The position numbers and the translations under genes were made by a program. Positions 63,573-64,000 of a stretch of DNA of 64,000 nt are shown one piece after another. Under the pieces are notes generated by a model. That model saw nothing but the letters and a program-made list of their open reading frames with translations, was not told the DNA's origin and did no database searches. Origin of the DNA: an uncultured delta proteobacterium (GTDB taxonomy: Bacteria; Desulfobacterota; Binatia; Binatales; Binataceae); assembly GCA_963794325.1 (NCBI GenBank), contig CAWCDG010000004.1, positions 320,001-384,000 of the forward strand, read 5' to 3'. The number at the start of each line of letters is the position of its first letter. Position 1 is the stretch's first letter.

Positions 63573-63621
63573 ACCTAACCCCTAACCCCTTCCCATAGTG
63601 GGAAGGGGAACCGGATTGGAA
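63573..63621 (+). repeat. Repeat family B, copy 5
   Basis: ACCTAACCCCTAACCCCTTCCC-ATAGT-GGGAAGGGGAACCGGATTGGAA. Confidence 0.88.
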
Positions 63622-63623
63622 TG

Positions 63624-64000
63624 TTAGGCGAGAAGTTCGAGGCCGTGGTCGAACATTCGCGGGGCGGACAGGGCGGTCTCTTCCCAGAGCGGGTCGGGAC
63701 GCTTGCCGCGGCGATGGAGCATCAGGTTGAAGCAGGTGATCACGCCGAAGCGGTAGCCTGCGAATGCGCGGAACCATCGCACCTCGGGGATCGAGACCGG
63801 GAAGCCGGCGGCGTCGGCGTACGAATCGACGATTTCGTCGGCGTTCAGCAACGATCCTCGCACATCCGGGCCGACCCAGCTTCCAGGGTCTGAAAAAAAG
63901 CAGATCCAGCCGAGGTCGAGCAGGGTTGCGCCGACCAGCGAGATTTCCCAATCGATCAGCGCGACTACGCGTTCCTCGTTGAACAGCACGTTCGACCATT
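63624..64000 (-). CDS. Phosphotransferase (APH/ACAD10-like) family protein, C-terminal part
   Basis: NVLF...VVALIDWEISLVG..LLDLGW. Runs off the window. Confidence 0.8.
   Translation of the reverse strand, partial: WSNVLFNEERVVALIDWEISLVGATLLDLGWICFFSDPGSWVGPDVRGSLLNADEIVDSYADAAGFPVSIPEVRWFRAFAGYRFGVITCFNLMLHRRGKRPDPLWEETALSAPRMFDHGLELLA

Overview
GC-rich bacterial chromosomal window, densely coding and mostly housekeeping or metabolic: engB, murI, secA, argJ, ruvX, mltG, cysS, queG, a fabG-like SDR, ltaE, lutBCA, phaC, an ATP-dependent DNA ligase and a MoxR-DUF58-VWA locus. The gene mix (F420-type LLM oxidoreductases, WS/DGAT, PhaC, Thr-Ala-rich surface proteins) resembles Candidatus Binatia genomes; this is an inference only. 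I found no rRNA, tRNA, CRISPR array, integrase or transposase. About eight single-base frameshifts in otherwise intact genes look like assembly errors. Main observations: (1) a translationally coupled GT2 / ParB-C-terminal-like / SplB-like radical SAM module whose radical SAM protein appears to lack the catalytic relay residues of spore photoproduct lyase; (2) a GT39 gene flanked by a duplication of the murI 3' end; (3) three families of palindromic repeats around cysS and phaC, one of them read in frame inside a protein; (4) a nitrosocyanin-like cupredoxin; (5) an abrupt codon-usage switch inside the fabG-like gene next to a foreign-looking gene. All family assignments are by-eye motif recognition, not database searches.
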